Of a stretch of DNA of 64,000 nucleotides, positions 26,794 through 36,138 are shown one piece after another (position 1 is the stretch's first letter; each line of letters opens with the position of its first letter). The stretch lies in contig CAXGAI010000004.1 of NCBI GenBank assembly GCA_964007735.1, forward strand, positions 1 through 64,000, in the 5' to 3' direction. The DNA comes from an uncultured Rhodopirellula sp. (GTDB lineage Bacteria; Planctomycetota; Planctomycetia; Pirellulales; Pirellulaceae). The position numbers were made by a program, and so were the translations under genes. The notes under the pieces are model-generated. The model ran no database searches. It was not told the origin of the DNA and saw only the letters and a program-made list of their open reading frames with translations.

Positions 26794-27597
26794 CTAAGCT
26801 TCATTCACGACGGGATTGGTGAGTTGACCGATCCCCTCAATTTCGATAGTAATTTCGTCACCATCGCGTAAGAACCGTGGTGGCTCCTGGGCAAACCCAA
26901 CTCCGTGTGGCGTACCCGTCAGAATGACGGTACCTGGTTCAAGGACCGTACTTCCGCTGAGGAATTCAATGAGCGTAGGAATATCAAAGATCATGTCATC
27001 TGTATTCCAATCCTGCATGACGTCTCCATTGAGAATGGTCTTAATCGCAAGTGTGTTTGGTTGGGTGATTTCGTCAGACGTGACAAGTACCGGGCCTAAA
27101 GGACAGAAGGTATCAAAGGTTTTACCTCGACACCATTGACTACCGCCCCATTTACCTTGCCAGTCACGAGCACTAACATCGTTAGCACAGGTGTATCCAA
27201 GCACGTAATCAAGTGCATCTTCTTTGGAAACGTTTTTAGCTCGTTTCCCGATGACAACTGCCAGTTCACATTCGTAGTCCACCATCGTACTTGCGAGCTT
27301 TGTTGGAATTTCGATATTGTCGCCGGGGTGTTGAAGAGTACTTGGCATCTTCATAAAAACGACAGGGTGTTCCGGCATGTCGGCGCCACCCTCTTCGGCA
27401 TGCTTTTTGTAATTCAGCCCGATGCAAACAATCGACTTAGGAGTAATGGGAGCGAGTAGTTTTTTTACGGTGGCTGTTTCTCCGGTATCCGATGGTGATT
27501 CAAATGGGCACCCTTCGAGATAAGTTACACTTCCATCATCATGTTGGACGCCATATTTGGTTTCCTCAGCGTCGTTGATAAATCGTACGAGTTTCAT
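26794..27597 (-). CDS. Fumarylacetoacetate hydrolase family protein
   Basis: CIGLNY..H, DYECEL, NDVSARD, GKTFDTFCPLGP and ILTGTP. Confidence 0.93.
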   Translation of the reverse strand: MKLVRFINDAEETKYGVQHDDGSVTYLEGCPFESPSDTGETATVKKLLAPITPKSIVCIGLNYKKHAEEGGADMPEHPVVFMKMPSTLQHPGDNIEIPTKLASTMVDYECELAVVIGKRAKNVSKEDALDYVLGYTCANDVSARDWQGKWGGSQWCRGKTFDTFCPLGPVLVTSDEITQPNTLAIKTILNGDVMQDWNTDDMIFDIPTLIEFLSGSTVLEPGTVILTGTPHGVGFAQEPPRFLRDGDEITIEIEGIGQLTNPVVNEA

Positions 27598-27710
27598 GAG
27601 ATTGATCTTTATTTAGGAACTGGGGTTGAGCAAGGGTTGAGCAAGGTAAGGGATCTTACCGTAATAGCTCAGAATATATTATTTATAACCGAAAGCCGAA
27701 GTTCGCGGGG

Positions 27711-29183
27711 TTAGCTGAGAATGTCCTGCACGATATTGCCGTGGACATCGGTCAGGCGGAAGTCACGTCCCTGATAGCGAAACGTGAATTGTTCATGTTG
27801 AATACCCATCAAATGCATCAGTGTTGCATGCAAGTCGTGGACATGAACACCGTTTTCGGCCACATTGACACTGTAGTCGTCCGATTTACCATACGTAGAA
27901 CCACCTTTGATTCCACCTCCGGCTAGCCAGATGGACATGACGCTTGGATGATGGTCACGACCGTATTGTTCTTTGGTCAGTTTACCCTGTGAGTAGATCG
28001 TGCGACCAAATTCTCCGCCCCAGACGATGATCGTGTCGTCAAAGAGTCCTCGTTGCTTTAGATCCTTAATTAAGGCGGCCGATGGTGCATCTGTATCCTT
28101 GCATTGGCCCCGCATAGCTCCTGGCAGTTTGCCGTGATGGTCCCATCCCTGATGGAATAACTGAATGAAACGGACTCCGCTTTCCGCAAGTCGGCGGGCA
28201 ATCAGACAATTGTAGGCATAAGTTCCAGGCTTAAGCGCGTCGGGCCCGTACAGTTCGAGTACATGCTTCGGCTCATCACTCATATCCAAGAGTTTAGGAA
28301 TCGACATTTGCATACGATATGCCAGCTCATATTGAGCGATACGCGTTTCAATATCGGGATTTCCGGTTGCACTTAATTGAAGTTCGTTAAGTTCTTTCAA
28401 GGTGTCGAGCATCGTTCGTCTTGTGGTGGTATCCACTCCGCCCGGATTATTTATATCCAGAACAGGATCTCCTTGATTACGAAACTTTACCCCCTGAAAT
28501 CGACTCGGTAAGAATCCACTTCCCCACAAGCGATCGTATAGTGGTTGGCCACCGGGTTTACCGGTACCGCGGGAACTCATGGCCACGAATGCCGGTAGAT
28601 TCGCGTTCATATTTCCAAGACCATAGCCCAGCCAGGAGCCAATACTCGGGCGTCCCGGGATTTGTGACCCTGATTGCATCAGTGTTGCTGCCGGGTCGTG
28701 ATTGATCGCATCGGTATGAAATGAATTGATAATACAAAGGTCGTCCGCTACTTCAGCCAGCCGCGGAAGCGTTTCGGGTAACCAGTTTCCCCCTTTGCCA
28801 TGTTGACGGAACTTAAAAATCGACGGGGCAACCGGAAAGGAAGCCTGAGCGTTACTCATCGTTGTTTTACGATCATCGGGATAGATACTTTTCGGAACTT
28901 CTTCACCAAACCGTTTCGCTAATTGCGGCTTGTAATCATAGAGGTCCATTTGCGCTGGACCACCGGACTGGAACAGGTAGATAATTCGCTTGGCTCTTGG
29001 TTTATGATGAGGCAGCGATTCCAGTCCACCGATGGCTTGCTGACCGGTATGCCGGGCATTAGCGTCACTGCCCAGTAGAGTGGCTAACCCCAACCCGCCG
29101 AGACTTGTACTCATGCGCCTAAGAAAATACCTGCGATGCCACAAATTCTGTCGGTTTTGTAAATCCGATAGTTTTGTCATCAT
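27711..29183 (-). CDS. DUF1501 protein (Tat-like signal)
   Basis: RRYFL; LFQSGGPAQMDLYDYKP; ARRL.E.GVRF; WDHH; GEFGRT; GRDH. Confidence 0.9.
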   Translation of the reverse strand: MMTKLSDLQNRQNLWHRRYFLRRMSTSLGGLGLATLLGSDANARHTGQQAIGGLESLPHHKPRAKRIIYLFQSGGPAQMDLYDYKPQLAKRFGEEVPKSIYPDDRKTTMSNAQASFPVAPSIFKFRQHGKGGNWLPETLPRLAEVADDLCIINSFHTDAINHDPAATLMQSGSQIPGRPSIGSWLGYGLGNMNANLPAFVAMSSRGTGKPGGQPLYDRLWGSGFLPSRFQGVKFRNQGDPVLDINNPGGVDTTTRRTMLDTLKELNELQLSATGNPDIETRIAQYELAYRMQMSIPKLLDMSDEPKHVLELYGPDALKPGTYAYNCLIARRLAESGVRFIQLFHQGWDHHGKLPGAMRGQCKDTDAPSAALIKDLKQRGLFDDTIIVWGGEFGRTIYSQGKLTKEQYGRDHHPSVMSIWLAGGGIKGGSTYGKSDDYSVNVAENGVHVHDLHATLMHLMGIQHEQFTFRYQGRDFRLTDVHGNIVQDILS

Positions 29184-31474
29184 TTCGTAATCGCCTCGTC
29201 CAGATTAAAGATTGTTGAAGCTATCATCGTCAGGGCCGCCAATTTCTGTTCATTAATTCTCTCGTTGGTGATCGACTCACCGACTGAGACTAATGCCGAG
29301 GCTTCTTCAGGGTGTTCCGCATATCGTTGTTGAAAGAGTACTAGTGACTCGGTGAGGATTTGGATCTCCTGTTGGGTAGGGAGACGCGTCAGAATAGTTT
29401 GGAATATGTATTCAATTTGCTTGGTATTTGACTCACCTCCCTGCTGTAATGCTTGTTGAGCAAGGTTGCGGGCACTCTCAACAAAGATCTTATTGTTCAG
29501 TAGTGTAAGTGCCTGAAGGGGCGTGTTTGTTGGTTCCGTACGTACAATACACACCTCTCGGCCAGCCGCGTTGAAATTCATCATTGTTGGAGGAGGAATC
29601 GTGCGTCGCCAGTAGGTGTACAAACTACGCCGGTATAATTTACTTCCCACGTCTTGTTTATAGGAATTGTTTGAGATGGATCGCCAAATTCTTGGCGGCA
29701 TGTAGGGCCTCACTGACGGGCCCCCGATTCCCTGAACATAGAGTCCACTCGCTACCAAAGCCTGATCCCGCAAAGCGAAGCCGGAAAGCCTGTTGCGAGG
29801 TCCTCTCGCTAAAAGCCGATTGTTGGGATCACGTTGTATCAAATCCTGATTTACATCGGATGACTGTTGGTATGTTGCACTTAGTAGAATCTGCTTTAGC
29901 AAGGCCTTGGTATCCCAGCCGGATTGAATGAAGGTGGTTGCGAGATAATCAAGTAATTCAGGATGCGAAGGTAAACTGCCCTGAACGCCGAAGTTTTCAC
30001 TGGACTCGACAATTCCCAAACCAAAGATCTGCTGCCAATAACGATTGACGGCAACTCGGGCGGTGAGTGGGTGCTTGGGATGGATCAGCCATTGGGCAAG
30101 CTCATAACGAGTTTTGGGTTGTAACGTCGAGTTGAAATCTAATGCTGACGGAACGGTTGGATAAAGTTGTTGTGACTTATCCAGCAGATTGTATTGACCT
30201 CGGTTTAGTAAGTATGTTTCACGAGGTGTCTCAAGGTCATGCATCACCATGAGTGTTGTCGCTGAACCTGGCTGGGGTCGTTTCAGACCGTTCCCAGCTT
30301 CCTGTCGGGCATTGGAAAGTCTAAGAGGTTCAGGCCTTACGGGCTTATCCAGATCTTTAGAGATGTTAGGCCAAGCTGGAGGGATTTCGATGAACGGTGG
30401 ACTATTACCGTTGTTGGGGCCAACTCCCCATTCGGCATTGTTGTTGAAATAAGCAAATAATTCGTAATAATCCTTTTGGGAAATCGGATCAAACTTATGA
30501 TCGTGACATCGTGAGCAACTTACCGTAAGACCCAGAAAGACCGTTCCAAATGTGTCGACTCGGTCTGCTACGTTTTCAACATGCCATTCAGCCGGGATGG
30601 AACCGTCTTCTGAATTGATTCGATGGTTTCTACAAAATGCTGTCGCGATTTGGGACTTTAAAGTCGCGTTGGGTTTCTGGTCCCCCGCAAGCTGATCGGT
30701 AATGAATTGGTCATAAGGCATATTCTCATTGAAGGCCATAATGACCCAATCTCGCCAAACATGGTGGTGACGTGTTCTGTCATTTTGATAACCATCGGTG
30801 TCGGCATAGCGTGATGCTTCCAGCCAGTACAACGCCATGTGTTCTCCATAAGCAGAAGATAGGAGCAGTTGGTCGATGTACTTTTCGATCGCGTCCTGAC
30901 TTTCATCAGCCAGAAAACGTTTAGCATCTTCAAGCGTTGGGGGAAGTCCGGTTAAATCGAAGCTGATTCGGCGGAGTAATGTTGCTTTGTCCGCCGGCGC
31001 TGCGGGACGTAGACCTTCACTTCGTAACCGGTTGTAGATGTAATGGTCGATTGGGTTCCGTGACCAGTTGTCGCTACGATGCGGTTTACTGATCTCTTGC
31101 TGTACAGGTTCGAAAGCCCAGTGTTGTTGAAAGTCCGCACCTTCCTTGATCCATCTTACAAGCAATTGTTTCTGTGGATTCGTCAAGGATTTCTGGGCGT
31201 CGGGAGGTGGCATTATTCGATCAGGATCGTTCGAATGGATGCGATGAATCAATTCACTGCGTTTTGTTTTCCCTGGGGTGATGACAGTCATAGCTGACGG
31301 CCTGATATCCAGCCGCAGATCGGCCTGTCTTGTGGCATTATCCGGGCCGTGGCATTCAAAACAATGGTTAGAAAGCAGAGGACGTATTTCTTTATTGAAA
31401 TCCACGCCGCTTGCGGTGGAGTGATGTAAGGCAACGATTACGGGTATGCCGACCCAGGCTAGAAGACCGCGCAT
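29180..31474 (-). CDS. Planctomycete cytochrome c / DUF1549 / DUF1553 protein
   Basis: CFECHGPD, HWAF, LLRR..FDLTGLPP, CSRCHDHKFDP, RRSLY and TNTPLQAL. ATG start chosen at 31474. Confidence 0.9.
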   Translation of the reverse strand: MRGLLAWVGIPVIVALHHSTASGVDFNKEIRPLLSNHCFECHGPDNATRQADLRLDIRPSAMTVITPGKTKRSELIHRIHSNDPDRIMPPPDAQKSLTNPQKQLLVRWIKEGADFQQHWAFEPVQQEISKPHRSDNWSRNPIDHYIYNRLRSEGLRPAAPADKATLLRRISFDLTGLPPTLEDAKRFLADESQDAIEKYIDQLLLSSAYGEHMALYWLEASRYADTDGYQNDRTRHHHVWRDWVIMAFNENMPYDQFITDQLAGDQKPNATLKSQIATAFCRNHRINSEDGSIPAEWHVENVADRVDTFGTVFLGLTVSCSRCHDHKFDPISQKDYYELFAYFNNNAEWGVGPNNGNSPPFIEIPPAWPNISKDLDKPVRPEPLRLSNARQEAGNGLKRPQPGSATTLMVMHDLETPRETYLLNRGQYNLLDKSQQLYPTVPSALDFNSTLQPKTRYELAQWLIHPKHPLTARVAVNRYWQQIFGLGIVESSENFGVQGSLPSHPELLDYLATTFIQSGWDTKALLKQILLSATYQQSSDVNQDLIQRDPNNRLLARGPRNRLSGFALRDQALVASGLYVQGIGGPSVRPYMPPRIWRSISNNSYKQDVGSKLYRRSLYTYWRRTIPPPTMMNFNAAGREVCIVRTEPTNTPLQALTLLNNKIFVESARNLAQQALQQGGESNTKQIEYIFQTILTRLPTQQEIQILTESLVLFQQRYAEHPEEASALVSVGESITNERINEQKLAALTMIASTIFNLDEAITK

Positions 31475-31508
31475 AAAAAACGAAAATGACACAGTAATTT
31501 CCGGAGAT

Positions 31509-32810
31509 CTAGAGGTTGGCCAGCGTGTTTGAGCTATCGGCCCATGTGTCGATATCCACCCCAAATCGCTGAATGAGCGACAAGTGTAAGTCCGGTAATA
31601 CCGATCCCGGTGCGAACTTGATGTGACGGCCGGGGTTCAATGTTCCGGCTCCGTGACCGCCAAGTAAGATGGGCAGATTTGAGCGGACATGCCCGTTACC
31701 GTCTTTCAGCCCGGAACCGAACAGGACCACTGAGTTTTCAAGTAAACTCGAGCCACCTTCATCGATCTTTTGTAACTGTTCCATGAGGTAAGCATATTGT
31801 CCAACATAGTACTTAGTTACTGCGGTGTACTCAGAAAGCCAATCGTTCTGATTCTTGTGGTGGGAAATGGTATGGTGGTCACCTTTGAGTCCCATGAAGC
31901 CAAAGTTACATCGACTAAATCCGTGAGCCAGCATAAAAGTACCAACACGAGTGGTGTCGGTTTGCAAGGCCAGGACAAGTAGATCCATCATCATTTTGAC
32001 ATGTTCATCCCGACGCACAGGAATGCCAGCAGGCGGTCGCACGAGTTCTGGAGTGGTCGGTGGGACCCATTCACGAGCGGGGGGGTGCAAGGTACTGTCG
32101 ATTTGCTTCTCGACATTTCGAACGCTCGATAAGTATTCTTCGATCTTATGGCCGTCATTCCTACTAGCGCGTTTCTTGAGCCGTTTGGCATCTTCCATCA
32201 CAAGGTCGACAACACTGCGAAGTTCTTTAGCTTCTTCCACGGCATTTTCGCCGGTTCGGAAAAGGCGGTCGAATGCCACCTGAGGATTGATCTCAGGAGA
32301 GATACGTGAGTTAGGTGACGACCAGGAGACAGTGTTTGCATAAGCGATGGGAAGTCCAGCACCTGCATTACCCTGTCGCGGAGGTTCCGTTCCTAACACG
32401 ATGGAAGGGAAGCGTGTTTTATTACCCGTATGTCTGGCGATAACCTGATCCATGGAAATGCCCAGAACTCCATTTCTCATTTTGATACCGGAAAGGAATC
32501 CCGAGGTTGCACCGACGTGTCCGCCTGCACCGGTATTGTCCAGGTTCGATAGAATGCTGACATGGTCACGGAGGTCAAGTAAAGGCGAAAGTGACTCGGA
32601 GATTTCATAATCTGCGCCTTCACCTTTGACATCCCAGGTTGCGGGATTCACGCCATTGGGCATGAATAGAGAGATCATACGCATTGGAGGAGCTAACGCT
32701 TCCTTACCCAATGCCGCATGGCTGTTCATTACATCCAGCATTGGCAGCGCAACTGCTGCACCGGCACCACGAAGCATTGTGCGTCGTGAAATTTTCCAGT
32801 TTTGACTCAT
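31509..32810 (-). CDS. DUF1552 protein (Tat-like signal)
   Basis: ISRRTMLRGAG, PNG, SMDQ, FDRLF, LQTDTTRV, HHTISHH and DGNGH. Confidence 0.9.
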   Translation of the reverse strand: MSQNWKISRRTMLRGAGAAVALPMLDVMNSHAALGKEALAPPMRMISLFMPNGVNPATWDVKGEGADYEISESLSPLLDLRDHVSILSNLDNTGAGGHVGATSGFLSGIKMRNGVLGISMDQVIARHTGNKTRFPSIVLGTEPPRQGNAGAGLPIAYANTVSWSSPNSRISPEINPQVAFDRLFRTGENAVEEAKELRSVVDLVMEDAKRLKKRASRNDGHKIEEYLSSVRNVEKQIDSTLHPPAREWVPPTTPELVRPPAGIPVRRDEHVKMMMDLLVLALQTDTTRVGTFMLAHGFSRCNFGFMGLKGDHHTISHHKNQNDWLSEYTAVTKYYVGQYAYLMEQLQKIDEGGSSLLENSVVLFGSGLKDGNGHVRSNLPILLGGHGAGTLNPGRHIKFAPGSVLPDLHLSLIQRFGVDIDTWADSSNTLANL

Positions 32811-33021
32811 TGGACAACCTGACTAAGCTTTTTGATGTTATTTGATCCTATATTCTTATATTATCATTTCTCGGCTAGTCACGGCAGATGTTTTTAACCT
32901 GTTTAGTGCGTTGCACCGGGGTTCTTATCCAAGACACTTTTATCTAGGGTAACTATAATGGTTATCTGCTTGCCTTGAATCCGTTTTGGTTACTTGAGTT
33001 CTTTTGAAGTATAGGTTCTAT

Positions 33022-35781
33022 ATGCGATTTTGGCTTTTCTTGTTCGTGACCTTTAGTATTTCCATGCCCGGGTTGGCTGAAGATTCTGATCAACATGTGG
33101 CATTCGTAGAAAAAGTACAGCCGCTTTTGAAAAAGTACTGTAACCGGTGCCATAACGATAAAAAAACAGCCGGCAAAGTCGATATTGCTAAGTTTACCGA
33201 AGCTACTCAGATTTTGGCGAATCGTAAAGACTGGTTGAAAATTCTTGAGAAATTGGAAGACGAGGAAATGCCACCGGAAGAACCTTTGCCTACGTTTGAC
33301 GAAAGGCGGTTCTTGATCGAGTGGATTGATGACGAGATTAATGATATTGATTGGTCGAAGGTGAAAAACGCCGGCCATGTTGCGACCGCTCGTCTCTCTC
33401 GCCAGGAATATGCCAATACCATGCGGGATCTCTTAGGAGTAGATCTAAACCCGGCACGGGAATTGGGAGATGATGCTCAGGGTGCGAGTGGTTTCAACAA
33501 TGACCGTGACAATCTCTTTTTAGAGCCAGCCATTCTGGAAAAATATATCAAAGCAGCTCAGCAGTCGATCGATCAGCTAATCACATTACGTGATTCTCCC
33601 CTCAAACTGCATCTGGAAACGGAAGAGATGTTTATGACGGAACGTAACTCACTACCAAAAGAATTTGGCTATGTTTTGGATCGTGGACAAATGACTTTGT
33701 GGGACTCCATTAAGTTCCCTTCAAGTGGATATTACCGTTTTCGGGTAAAGGCCTGGTCGACTGCCGGCCCGACGGGGGCTCGCTTAAGAATTAACGATGA
33801 AGTACAGGGTGATATCCAGGTTCCTAGTACGGAGCCGGAGATGTATGACCTGATTACTTTTGTCGAGAAGGGTACCCATCAGGTTGCATGGAATATTCAA
33901 CAGGGGGATTTTATTGTTAGTGTACCTAATCAGGAGACTGAAGATAGATCGTCTCAGTCTGAACCCGAAGGGAAGGTAAAGCATAAGTATTCCTCTGAGC
34001 CGGTCCCTCCGATGAACCAGTGGAGTAATATTGTTACAAAGCGAGCTATGGAAAATCATCCGCGTATGGATCGAATCGATGGTGAAAATCAGCAAGTCAC
34101 TCGCTTGAGGGAGGCATTGAATACCCATTTTTATAATGTCCAACGTCCTATCGAATGGTTGCGGTTGCATGGTCCCAAGGGAAATAGGTCCGAGCTGCAA
34201 CGCTTTAAAGGCTATGTTTCCGAACGCACTGTGATGCTGGAGGATTCCAAGCAATCGTTGGCCGGTGCATTAGACATATCGCTGGAGGATTTGAATTATC
34301 AAATCAAGGAACAGAATGAGGCTGTCCTTGCTGACAATAAGATCATCTTGGATTCGGTTGCTCATGTGAAAGCTCCTGAGCCTCAGAAGCAGCGAGCGGG
34401 TAATGTAGCGATGGATTTTGTTCAAATCGAAGGGCCGATTTCCTTAGGCCCTGTCAGTGAGACTCCGCTGGTTTTTATTGCCGCGCCTGGCGAAAATAAG
34501 TCTGCAACGATGGCGGCCACCGAGATTTTGAGCGTGTTTGCATCGCGGGCATTTCGCAGGCCGGTTGTCGAGCAGGAGTTGGCAGCTTACGTGGCATTGT
34601 TTGAACGAGGCTATACAGATGTTGAAACATTCAAGAACGCGCTGCGAATTCCGTTGACCGCGATTCTGGTGTCACCCAACTTCCTATTCAAGGTGGAAGG
34701 TAATAGTGAGCAGCAGGGAGAGTTCAAATTAAATGATTATCAGTTGGCAACAAGACTGTCTTACTTTCTTTGGATGACGATGCCTGATAATGAATTGTTT
34801 GGGTTGGCGTCTCAAGGAGAATTATCAACCCCTGGGGTTCTACGGGCTCAGGTTAGGCGTATGTTACAAGATTCCAGATCTGCGATGTTTACGGAGAATT
34901 TCATCAAGCAGTGGCTTGAGATCAGTGCAATCGGGAAGACGATCGGACCGGATCCGAAGAAATTCCCTGAGTTTGATGCGGTGGTTCAGGAAGCCGCGAT
35001 AACCGAACCTGTTTTGTACTTTGACCACCTCGTACGAGAGAACAAGAGTCTACTGAAGTTACTCCATTCCAATGAGACGTTTCTCAATAAGGCTCTCGCC
35101 GAATTCTATGGTTTGAAAGGTGTGGAGCATCAACAGTTCCAGCTTGTTACTTTGAATGACCCGAACCGCGGTGGGTTGTTGGGAATGAGTAGTGTGCTTA
35201 CCGCGACCTCCCTGCCATTGCGGACTAGCCCGGTCATTCGGGGTAAGTGGGTTCTTGAAACCTTGTTAGGAGATGAATTACCCCCGCCACCGCCTGATGC
35301 CGGGACGTTACCTGACAACGCAGGCGATGTGAAAGGGAAGACTTTACGGGAGCAATTCGAGCAACATCGAAATGATGTTGCGTGCCGATCTTGTCATCAA
35401 CGAATTGATCCGATCGGATTTGGTTTGGAGAACTTCGATGCCATCGGAAGGTTTCGCCTGACTCAGGGTGACAGGCCTATCGATAACTCAGGTGAGTTAC
35501 CTGATGGCAGGAAGTTCTCCGGTGCCAGTGAGCTCAAGCAAATTCTTTTGGGAGAAAAAGACAGGTTTGCTCGAAATCTCAGTGAACGCATGTTGAGCTT
35601 TGCCCTTGGACGACAGCTAAAGTATTTCGATGAAGGGCCTCTTCGACATTTGACGGGGACTTTGTTAGAGAATGACTTCTCCCCTCAGCTTTGGATTGAG
35701 GAAATTGTCCTAAGTTATCCATTTCGGAATCAGAATAATCAGACTACCGCCGAGCAAGAAGCCCCTGTTGGCAACCAGTGA
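33022..35781 (+). CDS. Cytochrome c / DUF1587-1595-1592-1588-1585 protein
   Basis: CNRCH; RLSRQEYANTMRDLLG; LATRLSYFLW; TSPVIRGKW; CRSCH..IDPIGFGLENFD. ATG 33022 chosen (TTG 33004 possible). Confidence 0.9.
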   Translation: MRFWLFLFVTFSISMPGLAEDSDQHVAFVEKVQPLLKKYCNRCHNDKKTAGKVDIAKFTEATQILANRKDWLKILEKLEDEEMPPEEPLPTFDERRFLIEWIDDEINDIDWSKVKNAGHVATARLSRQEYANTMRDLLGVDLNPARELGDDAQGASGFNNDRDNLFLEPAILEKYIKAAQQSIDQLITLRDSPLKLHLETEEMFMTERNSLPKEFGYVLDRGQMTLWDSIKFPSSGYYRFRVKAWSTAGPTGARLRINDEVQGDIQVPSTEPEMYDLITFVEKGTHQVAWNIQQGDFIVSVPNQETEDRSSQSEPEGKVKHKYSSEPVPPMNQWSNIVTKRAMENHPRMDRIDGENQQVTRLREALNTHFYNVQRPIEWLRLHGPKGNRSELQRFKGYVSERTVMLEDSKQSLAGALDISLEDLNYQIKEQNEAVLADNKIILDSVAHVKAPEPQKQRAGNVAMDFVQIEGPISLGPVSETPLVFIAAPGENKSATMAATEILSVFASRAFRRPVVEQELAAYVALFERGYTDVETFKNALRIPLTAILVSPNFLFKVEGNSEQQGEFKLNDYQLATRLSYFLWMTMPDNELFGLASQGELSTPGVLRAQVRRMLQDSRSAMFTENFIKQWLEISAIGKTIGPDPKKFPEFDAVVQEAAITEPVLYFDHLVRENKSLLKLLHSNETFLNKALAEFYGLKGVEHQQFQLVTLNDPNRGGLLGMSSVLTATSLPLRTSPVIRGKWVLETLLGDELPPPPPDAGTLPDNAGDVKGKTLREQFEQHRNDVACRSCHQRIDPIGFGLENFDAIGRFRLTQGDRPIDNSGELPDGRKFSGASELKQILLGEKDRFARNLSERMLSFALGRQLKYFDEGPLRHLTGTLLENDFSPQLWIEEIVLSYPFRNQNNQTTAEQEAPVGNQ

Positions 35782-35786
35782 TTCCC

Positions 35787-36050
35787 CTATCCGGTAACTT
35801 CATTATCGTTGGAAGCCCTGGCTCGCAGCAGTTTTGCCAACTCAGCAAAAAAATCCTCAATATCCAAACGCCCCAGTTCCAGCGGCTCTTTACTGGTGAA
35901 AAGTGTATCCAAATCCGATTCTAACCATCGTTGTACCATTTCAAATTCCTTATCAAACGAGTTCAGCAGTTCAATTAAACCCAACTCAAACCGATTGAGT
36001 TTTCGACTGTTGTCTTTGCCTGATAGAAGTATCGATAAGGGGTGTGACAC
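35787..36050 (-). CDS. Small hypothetical helical protein (87 aa)
   Basis: Leu/Glu-rich amphipathic sequence filling the intergenic gap; the opposite-strand ORF is a Ser-rich shadow. Confidence 0.5.
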   Translation of the reverse strand: MSHPLSILLSGKDNSRKLNRFELGLIELLNSFDKEFEMVQRWLESDLDTLFTSKEPLELGRLDIEDFFAELAKLLRARASNDNEVTG

Positions 36051-36053
36051 ATG

Positions 36054-36077
36054 AGGTCACAGTCGACCTGTTTTTTT
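36054..36077 (+). terminator. Putative intrinsic terminator (+ strand)
   Basis: AGGTC-ACAGTC-GACCT followed by G-T7. Confidence 0.45.
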
Positions 36078-36118
36078 AAAAAAAGAGAAGCCTCAGAATG
36101 ACTCGCATTTTGAGGCTT
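36078..36118 (-). terminator. Intrinsic terminator of phoD-like gene
   Basis: AAGCCTCA...TGAGGCTT stem followed on the minus strand by CTC-T7, about 20 nt after the stop. Confidence 0.75.
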
Positions 36119-36138
36119 TGGTTATTGATGAAGGGGTG

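Noticed and set aside
35809..36054. 81-aa + strand Ser-rich ORF
   Set aside because: Composition is typical of the antisense shadow of the Leu/Glu-rich minus-strand ORF.
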